DNA of 64,000 nucleotides, taken from an uncultured Candidatus Saccharibacteria bacterium. Its GTDB lineage: Bacteria > Patescibacteriota > Doudnabacteria > UBA920. Positions 30,884-40,936 of the stretch are shown piece after piece (the stretch's first letter is position 1; each line of letters opens with the position of its first letter). The position numbers were made by a program, and so were the translations under genes. A model generated the notes under the pieces. That model was not told the DNA's origin, did not search any database, and saw nothing but the letters and a program-made list of their open reading frames with translations. The stretch is taken from positions 8,931-72,930 of the forward strand of contig CAYSUI010000001.1 of NCBI GenBank assembly GCA_964434195.1, in the 5' to 3' direction.

Positions 30884-32530
30884 TTAGTACATGCCGTCCA
30901 TACCACCCATACCGCCTGGCATAGAAGGAGTTGGTGTTTTTGGCTCTGGCTTATCTACTACTATGCTTTCTGTAGTAACAAGTGTACTCGCTATGGAAAC
31001 TGCGTGTTCAAGTGCGAGTCTCGCAACTTTAAGTGGGTCTACGATACCTGCTTTTATCATATCTTCCACTGCTTCCATTTTACTGAAGTCGTAACCATTG
31101 TTTTTGTCCTGACCTACCTGAATGTCGTAAACAATACTGGTAACCTCTACTCCACTGTTGGCTGCAATTTGTCTTAGAGGAGCTTCAAGCGCAACTCGCA
31201 CAACTCGTACACCGGCTTTTTCTGCATCGTTCAAGTCTTTACCGAAAGAGTCTAGACGAGGAGCAATGCGAGCGAAGGCTGTGCCACCACCGGTGATAAT
31301 CCCCTCTTCTACCGCTGCTTTGGTTGCGTTTAGCGCATCTTCGATTTTAAACTTTTTAGCTTTCATCTCGGTTTCTGTGAAAGCACCAACTTTTATAACA
31401 CCTACACCGCCAGCGAGACGAGCCATTCTTTCCTGAAGTTTTTCTTTGTCGAAGTCGCTTGTGGATTCTTGGAATTCATTTTTAATTTGTGCTACACGAG
31501 CATCTACTGCAGATTTTTCACCCTGACCATCTACAATGGTAGTGAATTCTTTTGTAGCAATAACTTTTCTTGCACGACCTAACTGGTTGAGTTCTGTTTT
31601 ATCGAGCTTTAGACCTAAGTCTTCTGTAATTACCTGACCACCAGTTAGAACCGCGATGTCTTGCAACATTTCTTTTCTTCTATCACCAAAGCCAGGAGCT
31701 TTTACAGCAAGAACGTTGAAACTTCCGCGAAGTTTATTTAGAACGAAAGTTGCAAGAGCTTCGCCTTCTACTTCGTCGGCAATAATAACAAGTTCTTTTT
31801 TACCGGACTGAGCAACTTTTTCTAATACTGGTAGAACATCCTGAATGCTACCGATTTTTTTGTCGGTGATTAAAATGTAAGGGTCTTCCCATACTGCTTC
31901 CATTCTGTCGGAGTTAGTAACCATGTATGCGGAGACATAACCTTTGTCGAAGCGCATACCTTTTACAACTTCTTTTTCTATACCAATGGTCTGGCCTTCT
32001 TCTACTGTAATAACACCGTCGGTACCTACTTCTTCCATGGCTTCAGCTATGAGCTTACCAACTTCTTCGTCTAAAGAAGCAATGGTCGCAACTTGTTCTA
32101 CTTCGGCCCTGCCCTTAATATCTTTCTTCATTTTGCGCAATTCTTCGACTACGAAAAGAACTGCCTTATCCATACCTTTTTTGATATCGTTTGCACGCGA
32201 TGGGTTTAGACCTACTGCACCAATACCCTCTTCTATCATTTTCTGCGCAAGTACAGTGGCGGTTGTAGTACCGTCTCCAGCTTGCTCGTTGGTTTTGTTT
32301 GCTACTTCTGAAATGAGAGATGCACCGATGTTTTCGAATCTATCTTCTAGTTCGATATCTTTTGCTACTGTAACACCGTCGTCGGTTACTGTTGGACTAC
32401 CGAAGCCTTTATCTAATATAACTGCTTTACCTGTTGGACCGAGGGTAACTTTTACTACGTTTGCGGATTTGTCGACACCAGCTTTTATAGCTTTCTTGGC
32501 GTCGAAACCTGATAAAATTATTTTTGCCAT
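30884..32530 (-). CDS. groL: chaperonin GroEL
   Basis: [25 protein letters not shown] tail. Confidence 0.99.
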   Translation of the reverse strand: MAKIILSGFDAKKAIKAGVDKSANVVKVTLGPTGKAVILDKGFGSPTVTDDGVTVAKDIELEDRFENIGASLISEVANKTNEQAGDGTTTATVLAQKMIEEGIGAVGLNPSRANDIKKGMDKAVLFVVEELRKMKKDIKGRAEVEQVATIASLDEEVGKLIAEAMEEVGTDGVITVEEGQTIGIEKEVVKGMRFDKGYVSAYMVTNSDRMEAVWEDPYILITDKKIGSIQDVLPVLEKVAQSGKKELVIIADEVEGEALATFVLNKLRGSFNVLAVKAPGFGDRRKEMLQDIAVLTGGQVITEDLGLKLDKTELNQLGRARKVIATKEFTTIVDGQGEKSAVDARVAQIKNEFQESTSDFDKEKLQERMARLAGGVGVIKVGAFTETEMKAKKFKIEDALNATKAAVEEGIITGGGTAFARIAPRLDSFGKDLNDAEKAGVRVVRVALEAPLRQIAANSGVEVTSIVYDIQVGQDKNNGYDFSKMEAVEDMIKAGIVDPLKVARLALEHAVSIASTLVTTESIVVDKPEPKTPTPSMPGGMGGMDGMY

Positions 32531-32543
32531 AAATTTCCTTTCT

Positions 32544-32629
32544 GAATGACGAATGAAGAATAATGATCAGTTGTAATGCAGTCTATTTGTGAGCCTATTC
32601 TCTATTCGTTATTCGTTATTCCTTATTCT
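32544..32629. repeat. inverted heptamer arrays between groES and groEL
   Basis: GAATGAC GAATGAA GAATAAT facing CTATTCT CTATTCG TTATTCG TTATTCC TTATTCT. Confidence 0.6.
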
Positions 32630-32928
32630 ATGATTGCGAGGACGTCGGATTCGTCTTTTTCTTTACCGACATACAGAACTTTGTATTCGACTTTCTCTCC
32701 ACTCTCTTCTACTTCGACTTCGTCACCGGAATATTTCCCAAAGACTACAGTGTCGCCTACTTTTAGTCCTAACTTAGAAATTTCTTCGCCGTTTCCTAGT
32801 GCGACAATTTTACCTTGTGCTTTTTTTTCTTTGTCTGCGGTAGCTGGTAGAACAATACCACTTTTTGTAACTTCTTCCGTGGAAAGCTGTTTTACCAGTA
32901 CGCGGTTACCTAAAGGTTTTACTTGCAT
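32623..32928 (-). CDS. groS: co-chaperonin GroES
   Basis: KPLGNRVLV, TKSGIVLP, KVGDTV.FGKYSG. Confidence 0.98.
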   Translation of the reverse strand: MQVKPLGNRVLVKQLSTEEVTKSGIVLPATADKEKKAQGKIVALGNGEEISKLGLKVGDTVVFGKYSGDEVEVEESGEKVEYKVLYVGKEKDESDVLAIIE

Positions 32929-32977
32929 ATACATCACCTTTCTTTGATTAATTTTTGTTAATAAAAGAGCGATTTCG

Positions 32978-33004
32978 TTATCACTCTTGTTTATAGACTG
33001 CTAA
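32978..33004. promoter_or_regulatory. CIRCE element (HrcA operator)
   Basis: TTATCACTC-N9-GACTGCTAA versus consensus TTAGCACTC-N9-GAGTGCTAA, upstream of groES. Confidence 0.9.
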
Positions 33005-33029
33005 TATTGTAGCAAAAGCTTGGGGGCTG

Positions 33030-34049
33030 TCAAATAGTTCTCACAACTGACTCCTCTACTTCTAAATATAGATCTTCAGATGTTACTACTACTTCCAATT
33101 TAGGCTCTAGGAGACGATTCAAATAACCGTAAAATTCTTCTAGTAAGCGTTTTTGTTTACCTACATGATGAAAGGAAAGCTCGTCTGAACCCACAAAAAT
33201 TAGGTCTTCTTTTTTTATTCTTTTTAACTGCCATGAAGCGAGCCATTCTTCGAGACGATTGCTAAAAAGTTTTTTAATAATGAACTCCAAAAATCTCTGA
33301 ATCCAAGGACGAGGGTGCGGGTAGGAAGTAATTTCATTATATAGAGCAAGATTGGGAAAAACTCTACCCAGCCATCTTTGATTTTTTATTTTAAATGCTT
33401 GAATGTATTCGAAACCCACTACCGGACGGAGGCGTAAGTATTCCATTGCGGTATATAGGTTCGTGTCCCTGTTTAATACTTTAGGACCTGAGACGTAGTG
33501 GTTTAGGCAAAAGCGGTTGGTAATAAAATTTTTGTATCTTCTAATACCCAATAATTGAAAATATAAGGTGAGCAGAGTTCTGGCTGTCCAAATATACTTA
33601 CTGTGGGTAATTACGAAAAGATCGATATCACTATCTGGCCCTTCTATACCCAAACTCTGCGAACCACCTATGGCAATCCCACGAATGAATGGAATGTATT
33701 TTGTATATGGAAGAAACCTTCTTATTCGACTCTCTCTTTTTATTCCGAAGCGGTATGAAGAGAGACGGTTATCTATTGTTTCCTTTCTGCCCGTTAGACA
33801 GAAGAAACCCTTGTAGGTTTCTACTTCCCCACTCTCTATTAAGCTGGCTAGAATTTCCTGTATAGTGGAAATTTTTTCTGACTCGTTGTGGTCTTCCGGG
33901 CTTATAGGACTTATGTCGAATTTACCATCTGCCCCACTACCTAGTAGACGCTTTTCAGCTAGTAAAAATTTATGAACTTCCAAAAGAGTGAGCGGTACAC
34001 TCTGTAGGTCGAAAAGCTTTAGAGTTGCAAGAACTCGTGTCTCCAACAT
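33030..34049 (-). CDS. Pol-beta-superfamily nucleotidyltransferase-like protein
   Basis: GGSQSLG...DSDIDLFVI; RFCLNHY. Confidence 0.75.
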   Translation of the reverse strand: MLETRVLATLKLFDLQSVPLTLLEVHKFLLAEKRLLGSGADGKFDISPISPEDHNESEKISTIQEILASLIESGEVETYKGFFCLTGRKETIDNRLSSYRFGIKRESRIRRFLPYTKYIPFIRGIAIGGSQSLGIEGPDSDIDLFVITHSKYIWTARTLLTLYFQLLGIRRYKNFITNRFCLNHYVSGPKVLNRDTNLYTAMEYLRLRPVVGFEYIQAFKIKNQRWLGRVFPNLALYNEITSYPHPRPWIQRFLEFIIKKLFSNRLEEWLASWQLKRIKKEDLIFVGSDELSFHHVGKQKRLLEEFYGYLNRLLEPKLEVVVTSEDLYLEVEESVVRTI

Positions 34050-34276
34050 TATTTAGTGTTTAGACCTTGAATGTTTTGGATTATTCCGTCCTGACCATAG
34101 ACGGAACTTAACGAACTCATAACCATTGGAACAATTGCAAGTGAGGCAAGTAAAGGCACTACCACAAGCGCAACAGTTATAATGAGTTGCCATTTTATAT
34201 AACGCTTGGTAGCGCGAGTATTCTCTAAAATTTCTAAAAGTATTTGTTCCTGGGTTGGTTTTTGATTTTCTTCCAT
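34049..34276 (-). CDS. small membrane protein
   Basis: one TM helix; stop overlaps the next start. Confidence 0.7.
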   Translation of the reverse strand: MEENQKPTQEQILLEILENTRATKRYIKWQLIITVALVVVPLLASLAIVPMVMSSLSSVYGQDGIIQNIQGLNTK

Positions 34277-34349
34277 GTGATTTTTGTTAGTACATTTAGT
34301 TTAGCGTAATTTCTTTGGAAACAAAAAAGCCTCCTAAATTTAGGAGATA

Positions 34350-34808
34350 TTAACAGACTTCAGCAAGAGTGTAACCACCTTGGGATGAAGGTACAATAAT
34401 ATGGAATTCGTCATCCTGATACAACAATGCTTTTGCCAATTCAACCGTACTGGAAATCATTTGTGGGGTACCATAGTAGACGGCCTGGAATGGGTCGTAC
34501 CCCACCCTTACCACACCAACAGTCCCCTCTGCTTCACCTAATATGAGAGCAAGAAGAGGCGTGTTCTTCTGGTAGTGAAAAGCCTCTAGCAGATAGCGAT
34601 TGCTCGAGGAGAATGTCCCGGCATCCTGATACCTACGAAGTACGGTATAAAAGACCTGGCCAGGTTTCCAGGTTGTCACAGAACGATCCCCGAATAACTT
34701 ATCGAAGAGTGCCACAATGCACTCTTCAAGATACTCTTCACCTGTAAACAGGTCTTCCGATAAAGCCCGGAGACTACTCTTCTTCCCGGGATCGAATATT
34801 ACTTGCAT
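34350..34808 (-). CDS. hypothetical protein
   Basis: AAGGAG RBS before ATG at 34808. Confidence 0.6.
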   Translation of the reverse strand: MQVIFDPGKKSSLRALSEDLFTGEEYLEECIVALFDKLFGDRSVTTWKPGQVFYTVLRRYQDAGTFSSSNRYLLEAFHYQKNTPLLALILGEAEGTVGVVRVGYDPFQAVYYGTPQMISSTVELAKALLYQDDEFHIIVPSSQGGYTLAEVC

Positions 34809-34908
34809 GGTTTTCTCCTTGAAAAAAGTAAGTTCTGAAATAAGTTGTATTATAATATAAATTAATAATTTTGTCAATAAAAAAAACCCGCTTATCTGCG
34901 AGTTATTG

Positions 34909-35838
34909 TTACTCTACTTCGACATCGACGGATGCGAGTCGATTAAGTGTTTTAAAGTTACGTTTTCCTGTGACTTTGTGGAAAACGACTTTGGCTTGAT
35001 CGTTTACAGTAGCAGTGGCATCATTTACGACCGCTCCGCAATCTAACTTCGCTTGGTTCTGGAGATCCGCTTTAACCGACCCTAGACTCCCCTCACCTAA
35101 CACTACTCGTGTTTGGTTTTGTGAATTTAAAGACAAACTCTGGGAGTTTACTGAGCGGAAGATAAAGGATGCTTGGTTAGACAACTTAAGCGTGACTTGA
35201 TAATTTTTTATTTTTCCACCTTCAAGTCCAGAATTATCTTGCGCATCTAGGTAGATATCTCCGGTAAAAATATCTGTCTTTACCCTGACTTGATTCTGAA
35301 GCTTGGCTGTTAATAGCTTTGCATCCCCAATAGCACCCTTTGCTTGCCCTTCAAGGTTAAGAGAAATAGCAGCTGAGGTATCCTCTATTTCGAAAGACTG
35401 AGGTCTTCCGTTTAGCTCGATGTTGGTTCCTTTGGGTACGGTTATAACCACACGACAAAGTGGGAGTGCCACGTTTTTGATTCTTTCGGTATTTAACAAC
35501 CCGTTAATTATGGAGCAGCTAGTATTAAGACCGAGATCTTCAATAACTTCATTGCTCAGCGTTACGAAAAGGTTCTCACCTTCGTTTGTGACCTTCACAC
35601 CTTTTTGGTATCGGTCATGACCACAAGCCTGCACTTCGGTTGTACTTCCAAAGCGAACATGTATGTCTGCGTACCTCAAATTTACATTTAACTTTTCCAA
35701 ACTTTTTACCTCTACTCTGGTCGTTCCAGAGACCACTGAGCCCTTACCTTCTGGTTTATTTTTAGATTTTTTCTTGTTTCCTAAAGACAGAAAAAAATCT
35801 ACGATAAAGTCGAAAATTACGTCGACTATATAACTCAT
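34909..35838 (-). CDS. GIN/DUF2807-like beta-solenoid (adhesin-like) protein
   Basis: repeating L.NQA-type units and the motif VVITVP.G. Confidence 0.6.
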   Translation of the reverse strand: MSYIVDVIFDFIVDFFLSLGNKKKSKNKPEGKGSVVSGTTRVEVKSLEKLNVNLRYADIHVRFGSTTEVQACGHDRYQKGVKVTNEGENLFVTLSNEVIEDLGLNTSCSIINGLLNTERIKNVALPLCRVVITVPKGTNIELNGRPQSFEIEDTSAAISLNLEGQAKGAIGDAKLLTAKLQNQVRVKTDIFTGDIYLDAQDNSGLEGGKIKNYQVTLKLSNQASFIFRSVNSQSLSLNSQNQTRVVLGEGSLGSVKADLQNQAKLDCGAVVNDATATVNDQAKVVFHKVTGKRNFKTLNRLASVDVEVE

Positions 35839-35942
35839 TTATTTCCCCCTATTAGATTTTCTTAAGTAAGTTAATTGTCTTTATACTATTAAACAACAAT
35901 AAAATCAATTCTACCTTTTTACGTGCTGGCCTGAATTTACTC

Positions 35943-36869
35943 CTATTTCTGACAAGTGGGACAAAAGCTTCCGGTTCTTCCGCCTATTTTTATGGACTCG
36001 ATTTTATTGTTGCAGATTTTACAGCTCTGTTTTTTTCTACCGTAAACGAAATGGAATTTACCCATAGTTCCCCAGGTACCGTCTGTCCTAACGAAATCTC
36101 CCACACTTGAACCTTTAGCTTCTATACCCTTCTTTAATACCGGGGAAATATTTTCATAGATTGCTCTTATTTCATTTTCTTTTAGGGACTTTATTGTTCT
36201 GTCGGGTTTTATTTTGGCATGGAATAATATTTCGTCGCTATATATATTCCCTATTCCCACAACCACTTTGTTGTCCATAATAACTTGTTTTATTTTTCCT
36301 TTGGGGCGTTTACTGATACTAGATTTAAATACCTCGTAGGAGAAAGATTTATCGAGTGGCTCAGGCCCATATTCACTAAATTCTTTTACTTTAGCAATTT
36401 CATCTTCGTGTACTATTTTTAGATATGAAAATTTTCTTACATCGTTATAATAGAGTATTGAGCCGTCTGTAAAATAAAAAATAACATGCGTGTACTTAGA
36501 GGGTAATTCTAAAAGAGGAGCGCTTTTTTTATTTAATAACCGGTACTTACCCTTAGTTTTTTCTCTAAGTTTACTATCTTCGTAAATAAACTGGCCAGTC
36601 ATTTTTAAATGCACCAGCATTGACCACCCGTCTTCGAGATTGAAAATTAAAAGTTTAGATCTTCTTTTTACGGAAAGTATTTTTTTATTTTTGAGAGTGG
36701 AAATAAATTTCTCTAGTGTACTGCTAGATGTCGTACGTTTTGGTGAAAGAGTGACCGCGCCAAAACCGACAAGCTTAGGAACTCTAACCTCTACTTTTTT
36801 TATATTTTTACCTGCGAGCTTTTTATTTAGCTCTCTGACGACTGTTTCAACTTCTGGTAATTCTGGCAT
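35943..36869 (-). CDS. mutM: formamidopyrimidine-DNA glycosylase
   Basis: MPELPEVE start at 36869, HLKMTG, GIGNIYSDE, C-terminal zinc finger. Confidence 0.98.
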   Translation of the reverse strand: MPELPEVETVVRELNKKLAGKNIKKVEVRVPKLVGFGAVTLSPKRTTSSSTLEKFISTLKNKKILSVKRRSKLLIFNLEDGWSMLVHLKMTGQFIYEDSKLREKTKGKYRLLNKKSAPLLELPSKYTHVIFYFTDGSILYYNDVRKFSYLKIVHEDEIAKVKEFSEYGPEPLDKSFSYEVFKSSISKRPKGKIKQVIMDNKVVVGIGNIYSDEILFHAKIKPDRTIKSLKENEIRAIYENISPVLKKGIEAKGSSVGDFVRTDGTWGTMGKFHFVYGRKKQSCKICNNKIESIKIGGRTGSFCPTCQK

Positions 36870-37013
36870 TCTCTCAACTTTACTCCGTTCTACGCTTGCA
36901 TACCTAGTATGCAAGCAAGTAATTTGGGAGTTTATTAAATTATTACAGTAAAGACATAGTAACAGTAGGTTAGTAACAAGTAAAAAAAATAACCTCTCTA
37001 GAGAGGTTTGCTA

Positions 37014-37469
37014 TTAATCTTCATCTTCATCTTCATCTTCATCTTCATCGTCTTCATCGAAGATTACGAATAGAACTTTTTTCGAAGTCGTTTCAAGGTA
37101 TGTTGGCGTTTTTTCGTTGTAGAGGAGAACTTTTAATTCTCCCAACATGGAATCGAAATTCCCAACATCTTCCCTTGCCAAGTATAAAAAAATAAAATTT
37201 ATAGTAACTTCAATGACCTTTTTTAACCCATCGTAATCCACGGTGAAGAGCTCGATATCATCACCTTCTTTTGAACCGTATGTACCAACAGTAAGCTGTC
37301 TTGTTGGACCAATCGGTAAAAGCTCGTACCATATTTCGTCATCTCCGAATGACTCTGATCTTATCCTCGACGACTCTTCGGAGAAATCGCGCTCCACTTG
37401 TTTTAAGAACCCGGATAACCCAGGAAGAGACTCTGGTAATTCTTTGGCGAGTTTTTTTAGATCTAACAT
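37014..37469 (-). CDS. hypothetical protein with acidic DE tail
   Basis: GAGGG RBS; TCATCT hexamer repeat encodes DEDEDE. Confidence 0.6.
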   Translation of the reverse strand: MLDLKKLAKELPESLPGLSGFLKQVERDFSEESSRIRSESFGDDEIWYELLPIGPTRQLTVGTYGSKEGDDIELFTVDYDGLKKVIEVTINFIFLYLAREDVGNFDSMLGELKVLLYNEKTPTYLETTSKKVLFVIFDEDDEDEDEDEDED

Positions 37470-37599
37470 ATTAACCCTCGTTTGTTGTGTTTGGAGACAA
37501 TAAAATACTTTACCCGAATTAACATTGCTGGTCAATACAGAATTTGCTCATTAAAGTATTTAGATATAAAAATGTTGCGGGTTGTGTAATAATTAAGAT

Positions 37600-39105
37600 A
37601 TGAAAGATTTTTTGAAGTCGATTCCATTCAATTTTAGCCAAAAAGACCGCTTACTTATCAATAAAGCTGCGGATTTTTCTAGAACAGCACATGCAGGCCA
37701 AAAGAGGAAAAGTGGGGAGGATTTTGTAGAACACCCTATTGCCGCGGCTATCATTTTGGGTCAAATTTTTCCAGATGCCACTACCATAACAGCTACCCTA
37801 CTTCATGATATTCCGGAAGATACACAGGTTACTTTGGATCAAATAAAAAAAGAATTTGGTGAAGAGATAGCTAACCTGGTTGACGGCGTAACAAAGCTGG
37901 GACACGTGAGACTCCTGAATAGTAAGGATGAGTACTATGTGGAGAATTTAAGAAAAATGTTTATTGCAACCTCCACAGATGTGAGAGTACTACTTATTAA
38001 ACTTGCAGATAGACTTCACAATATAAGAACCATTAGATTCCTACCTCAGGACAAACAGATAAAAGTGGCAACAGAGACTTTGGGTATGTACGCACCAATT
38101 GCGGGAAGGCTAGGTATTGGATCCTGGAAAGACGAGTTGGAAGACGCGTCTTTTAAAGTTGTTAGCCCCGTTGAATTTGCAGAGACCAAAAAGATGCTAG
38201 ATGAACAACTAGCAATGCGAACCGAAAAACTGAGAGATATAGAAAAACAGATTGAACATATTCTTAGACTCGAAGGAGTTAAATTTCAGGAAGTAAATGG
38301 AAGGGTTAAGCGTGTACACGCCCTCTACCATAAGCTAAAAAAATACGACGGTGATATCACCAAAATTTATGATATTTTTGCGCTTAGAGTTATAACGAAA
38401 TCTACTGGGGACTGTTATGCCGCACTGGGAACTATACATAAACACTTCCAACCTGTCCCTGGAAGAGTTAAAGATTATATAGCCACACCGAAACCTAACG
38501 GCTACGAAAGCTTACATACTTCTGTTTTTGATAAAAGCAAATTTGTATTTGAAGTTCAAATACGTACAGATTTAATGCATGAACAATCCGAACGCGGTAT
38601 TGCTGCCCACTGGTTTTATTCTGAAAAAGGAAAACCACAGGAGATGAACCCTATGCAAGCAAAATGGATTCAGGAATTACATGCCTGGCAAGAAGAAATG
38701 ACAGATCCAGACGAATATTTGGAAAGCTTAAAAATAGATTTCTTTAAAGACAGAATCTTTGTACTGACCCCGAAAGGTGATGTTAAAGATTTGCCCAAAG
38801 GAGCAACTGTCATAGATTTTGCATTTTCGGTTCATAGTGATTTAGGTTATTTAATGATGGGTGCAAAAATTAATGGTAAAATGGCAAGTATCTATGACGA
38901 GCTAAGACAAGGTAATGTAGTAGAAGTTATAAAAAGTAAAAAACCCGTGACAATATCTCGGGACTGGCTAGAGGCAGCTAAGACGAGTGGTGCTAGAGTG
39001 AAAATTCGACATTATATAAAAGAACACGACCGAGGCGTGTGGGATAGAGTTAGAGAACTTAAACTACAAGATCTTTCGTTACCTAAGTTTTTCAGAAGAA
39101 AATAA
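37600..39105 (+). CDS. RelA/SpoT family (p)ppGpp hydrolase/synthetase with TGS domain, C-terminally short
   Basis: LLHD..ED, IKLADRLHN, KPNGY.SLH, EVQIRT, TPKG...DFAF.VH. Confidence 0.95.
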   Translation: MKDFLKSIPFNFSQKDRLLINKAADFSRTAHAGQKRKSGEDFVEHPIAAAIILGQIFPDATTITATLLHDIPEDTQVTLDQIKKEFGEEIANLVDGVTKLGHVRLLNSKDEYYVENLRKMFIATSTDVRVLLIKLADRLHNIRTIRFLPQDKQIKVATETLGMYAPIAGRLGIGSWKDELEDASFKVVSPVEFAETKKMLDEQLAMRTEKLRDIEKQIEHILRLEGVKFQEVNGRVKRVHALYHKLKKYDGDITKIYDIFALRVITKSTGDCYAALGTIHKHFQPVPGRVKDYIATPKPNGYESLHTSVFDKSKFVFEVQIRTDLMHEQSERGIAAHWFYSEKGKPQEMNPMQAKWIQELHAWQEEMTDPDEYLESLKIDFFKDRIFVLTPKGDVKDLPKGATVIDFAFSVHSDLGYLMMGAKINGKMASIYDELRQGNVVEVIKSKKPVTISRDWLEAAKTSGARVKIRHYIKEHDRGVWDRVRELKLQDLSLPKFFRRK

Positions 39106-39130
39106 AAAAACACTTGCTAAGTGTTTTAAT

Positions 39131-39673
39131 TTACCCAAGAGCTTCGCCTAGTGCAAACATTGCAACCATAGGACGAATTTTTCTTTCTGCCAAAAATTGC
39201 TCTAGCATTTCTGAATGAATATCGTACGCGAGTGGCTGGTATCCGTCCAGAACTTTGAGTTCATCTATTTCTTTGTTTGGTTTGAATTGTGACAGATTAG
39301 GAACCTCGCGAAGTTCGCAGACTGTACACAGTACAATTTGCTTGTTGTCACTGGACTGCCTCACCGACTGAAACTTTAGTTGTCCCAAAGGGATTTGAAT
39401 TAACCCAGAGCTTTCTTCGTACACTTCACTCATCGCAACATCCATCCAATGACGACCAGATTCTATTAGTCCACCCAAGTGGACATACTCCCCTGCCATA
39501 GACTTTCCAGGGGCGCGACGACCAACTATGAATTTATTGTTTGGGGTTACGAGTAACACAGTAACTGATGTTTTGACGTGTTCGTAACTATAGAACTCAC
39601 ACCTTTCACAAATTGCGGGTGTTTCTGAGGGTAATCTATAACCACAATGTGCGCAATAATTAATCTCAAACAT
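39131..39673 (-). CDS. NUDIX hydrolase with N-terminal zinc ribbon
   Basis: YCAHCG...CERC; degenerate Nudix box GG.IESG.......SEVYEES. Confidence 0.8.
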   Translation of the reverse strand: MFEINYCAHCGYRLPSETPAICERCEFYSYEHVKTSVTVLLVTPNNKFIVGRRAPGKSMAGEYVHLGGLIESGRHWMDVAMSEVYEESSGLIQIPLGQLKFQSVRQSSDNKQIVLCTVCELREVPNLSQFKPNKEIDELKVLDGYQPLAYDIHSEMLEQFLAERKIRPMVAMFALGEALG

Positions 39674-39792
39674 ATACTTAGCCTCTTTCAAATTCAAATA
39701 TTCAGAAGAATAAGAAAGCAGATTACCAGTTAGTTGTTATCTAGTCAAAACACAAATTTGACAGCATAATAATTGTTATTTAAGATACGAAT

Positions 39793-39921
39793 ATGTCTTT
39801 TAAGAATTTTGCAATTTGTCTTCAGTACCCAACTATCCAAGATAGGGGTTTTGACAAATCTGCGTAAGAAATAGCGAAAGACAGATTACAAAACCCCAAT
39901 CAGATGATTGGGGTTTTGTAT
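39793..39921 (+). promoter_or_regulatory. putative attenuator: 24-aa leader ORF + antiterminator + terminator
   Basis: ORF 39793-39867 MSFKNFAICLQYPTIQDRGFDKSA; GGGGTTTTG (39845-39853) is complementary to the 5' arm CAAAACCCC of hairpin ACAAAACCCCAATC-AGAT-GATTGGGGTTTTGT. Confidence 0.55.
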
Positions 39922-39955
39922 TAGTTTAAGACTAGTACAAATTTCAGGAGTAAAA

Positions 39956-40261
39956 ATGAAGAAGAAAAGAAACCCTGGTCCATATTTCCATGCGGATCTG
40001 AAAGTTCATCCGAACTTTGGGCCGGTGGCTGTAATGATTATTAGACACGAACTATCGCGTAATGCTTTTCGAAAAAAAATGCGTCTTCTGATGCGCGATG
40101 CGATAAGAGCTGAGAGAGCAGCCTTGGTTGTACTAGAAGAAACAGCCCAGAGTGATTTCGCAAGAAGAAATCTTACCCGGAGACAATTCTATCATACTGA
40201 TTCTGGATTTTTGTGCTCAGCGCAGACTGCCCAGAAATCTTTCTTACCTAGAGCGGACTAA
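39956..40261 (+). CDS. basic hypothetical protein
   Basis: AGGAG RBS before ATG 39956. Confidence 0.55.
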   Translation: MKKKRNPGPYFHADLKVHPNFGPVAVMIIRHELSRNAFRKKMRLLMRDAIRAERAALVVLEETAQSDFARRNLTRRQFYHTDSGFLCSAQTAQKSFLPRAD

Positions 40262-40652
40262 CATGATGACCCGCTCTTTTTATTTGTCCTATTTTTTCTT
40301 TTATTCTAGTGACTAGAATTTTTAAATCCCACTGAGATTTTATGTAATAACCTATAACACCATGAAGTTTTGCGATTTGCATAGACTCTTGGTCTTTCGT
40401 ATTGCTTAAAATTATTATTCCAATTTTTTTACCCCATTCATAACTTCTAAGCTCTCTGAGCATTGTGAGTCCATCCATCTGTGGCATGTGAATGTCTGAA
40501 AGAATTATTTCAGGTAGTGTTCTAAAAGCGAGCTTCAAACCTTCGTCCCCGTTACAAGCTTTAAAGACACAAAAACCTTCGCTTTTAAAAAGCTGAGAGA
40601 GTTTGTTTCTTAGTACTGGTTCGTCCTCTACTATGAGGATACTTCTAGCCAT
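40248..40652 (-). CDS. single-domain response regulator (receiver)
   Basis: ILIVEDE, SDIHMPQMDG, ILSN, YYIK. Confidence 0.92.
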   Translation of the reverse strand: MARSILIVEDEPVLRNKLSQLFKSEGFCVFKACNGDEGLKLAFRTLPEIILSDIHMPQMDGLTMLRELRSYEWGKKIGIIILSNTKDQESMQIAKLHGVIGYYIKSQWDLKILVTRIKEKIGQIKRAGHHVSPL

Positions 40653-40788
40653 AGAACAAGAAAATAATTAATTCTTGATAACCAGGCAGTGTAGTCTAAA
40701 AAATGAATCTAGTAAAGCATTTCTTACTTAGAGTATATTCCTGTTGATTATTTTTTGTAAATATGGTATTGTTGTGTATAAATATTTT

Positions 40789-40915
40789 ATGAAATTATTT
40801 TTGCGACAATCCATACATCACCACACCTATCCGCTTGTGCGAATGGGTGACTTTGGATTTTAGGTATTAAATGCAACCTCCCCCCTTCTTGCAAGCGCAG
40901 GGAGGGTTTTTGTTT
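40789..40915 (+). promoter_or_regulatory. His leader peptide / transcription attenuator
   Basis: ORF 40789-40863 MKLFLRQSIHHHTYPLVRMGDFGF; hairpin CACCTATCCGC-TTGT-GCGAATGGGTG; terminator CCTCCC...GGGAGG then GTTTTTGTTT; upstream of a hisG-like gene. Confidence 0.75.
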
Positions 40916-40936
40916 ACTGTAACAAAAGGAGGAAAT

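Noticed and set aside
30809-32947. Plus-strand ORFs antisense to groEL/groES, and similar shadows over nrdJ, ftsZ, ftsA and the GT genes
   Set aside because: They overlap conserved genes on the opposite strand and show no RBS or recognisable motifs.
37017-37057. TCATCT microsatellite as a contingency locus
   Set aside because: It is an in-frame hexamer encoding an acidic tail; length changes would not shift the frame.
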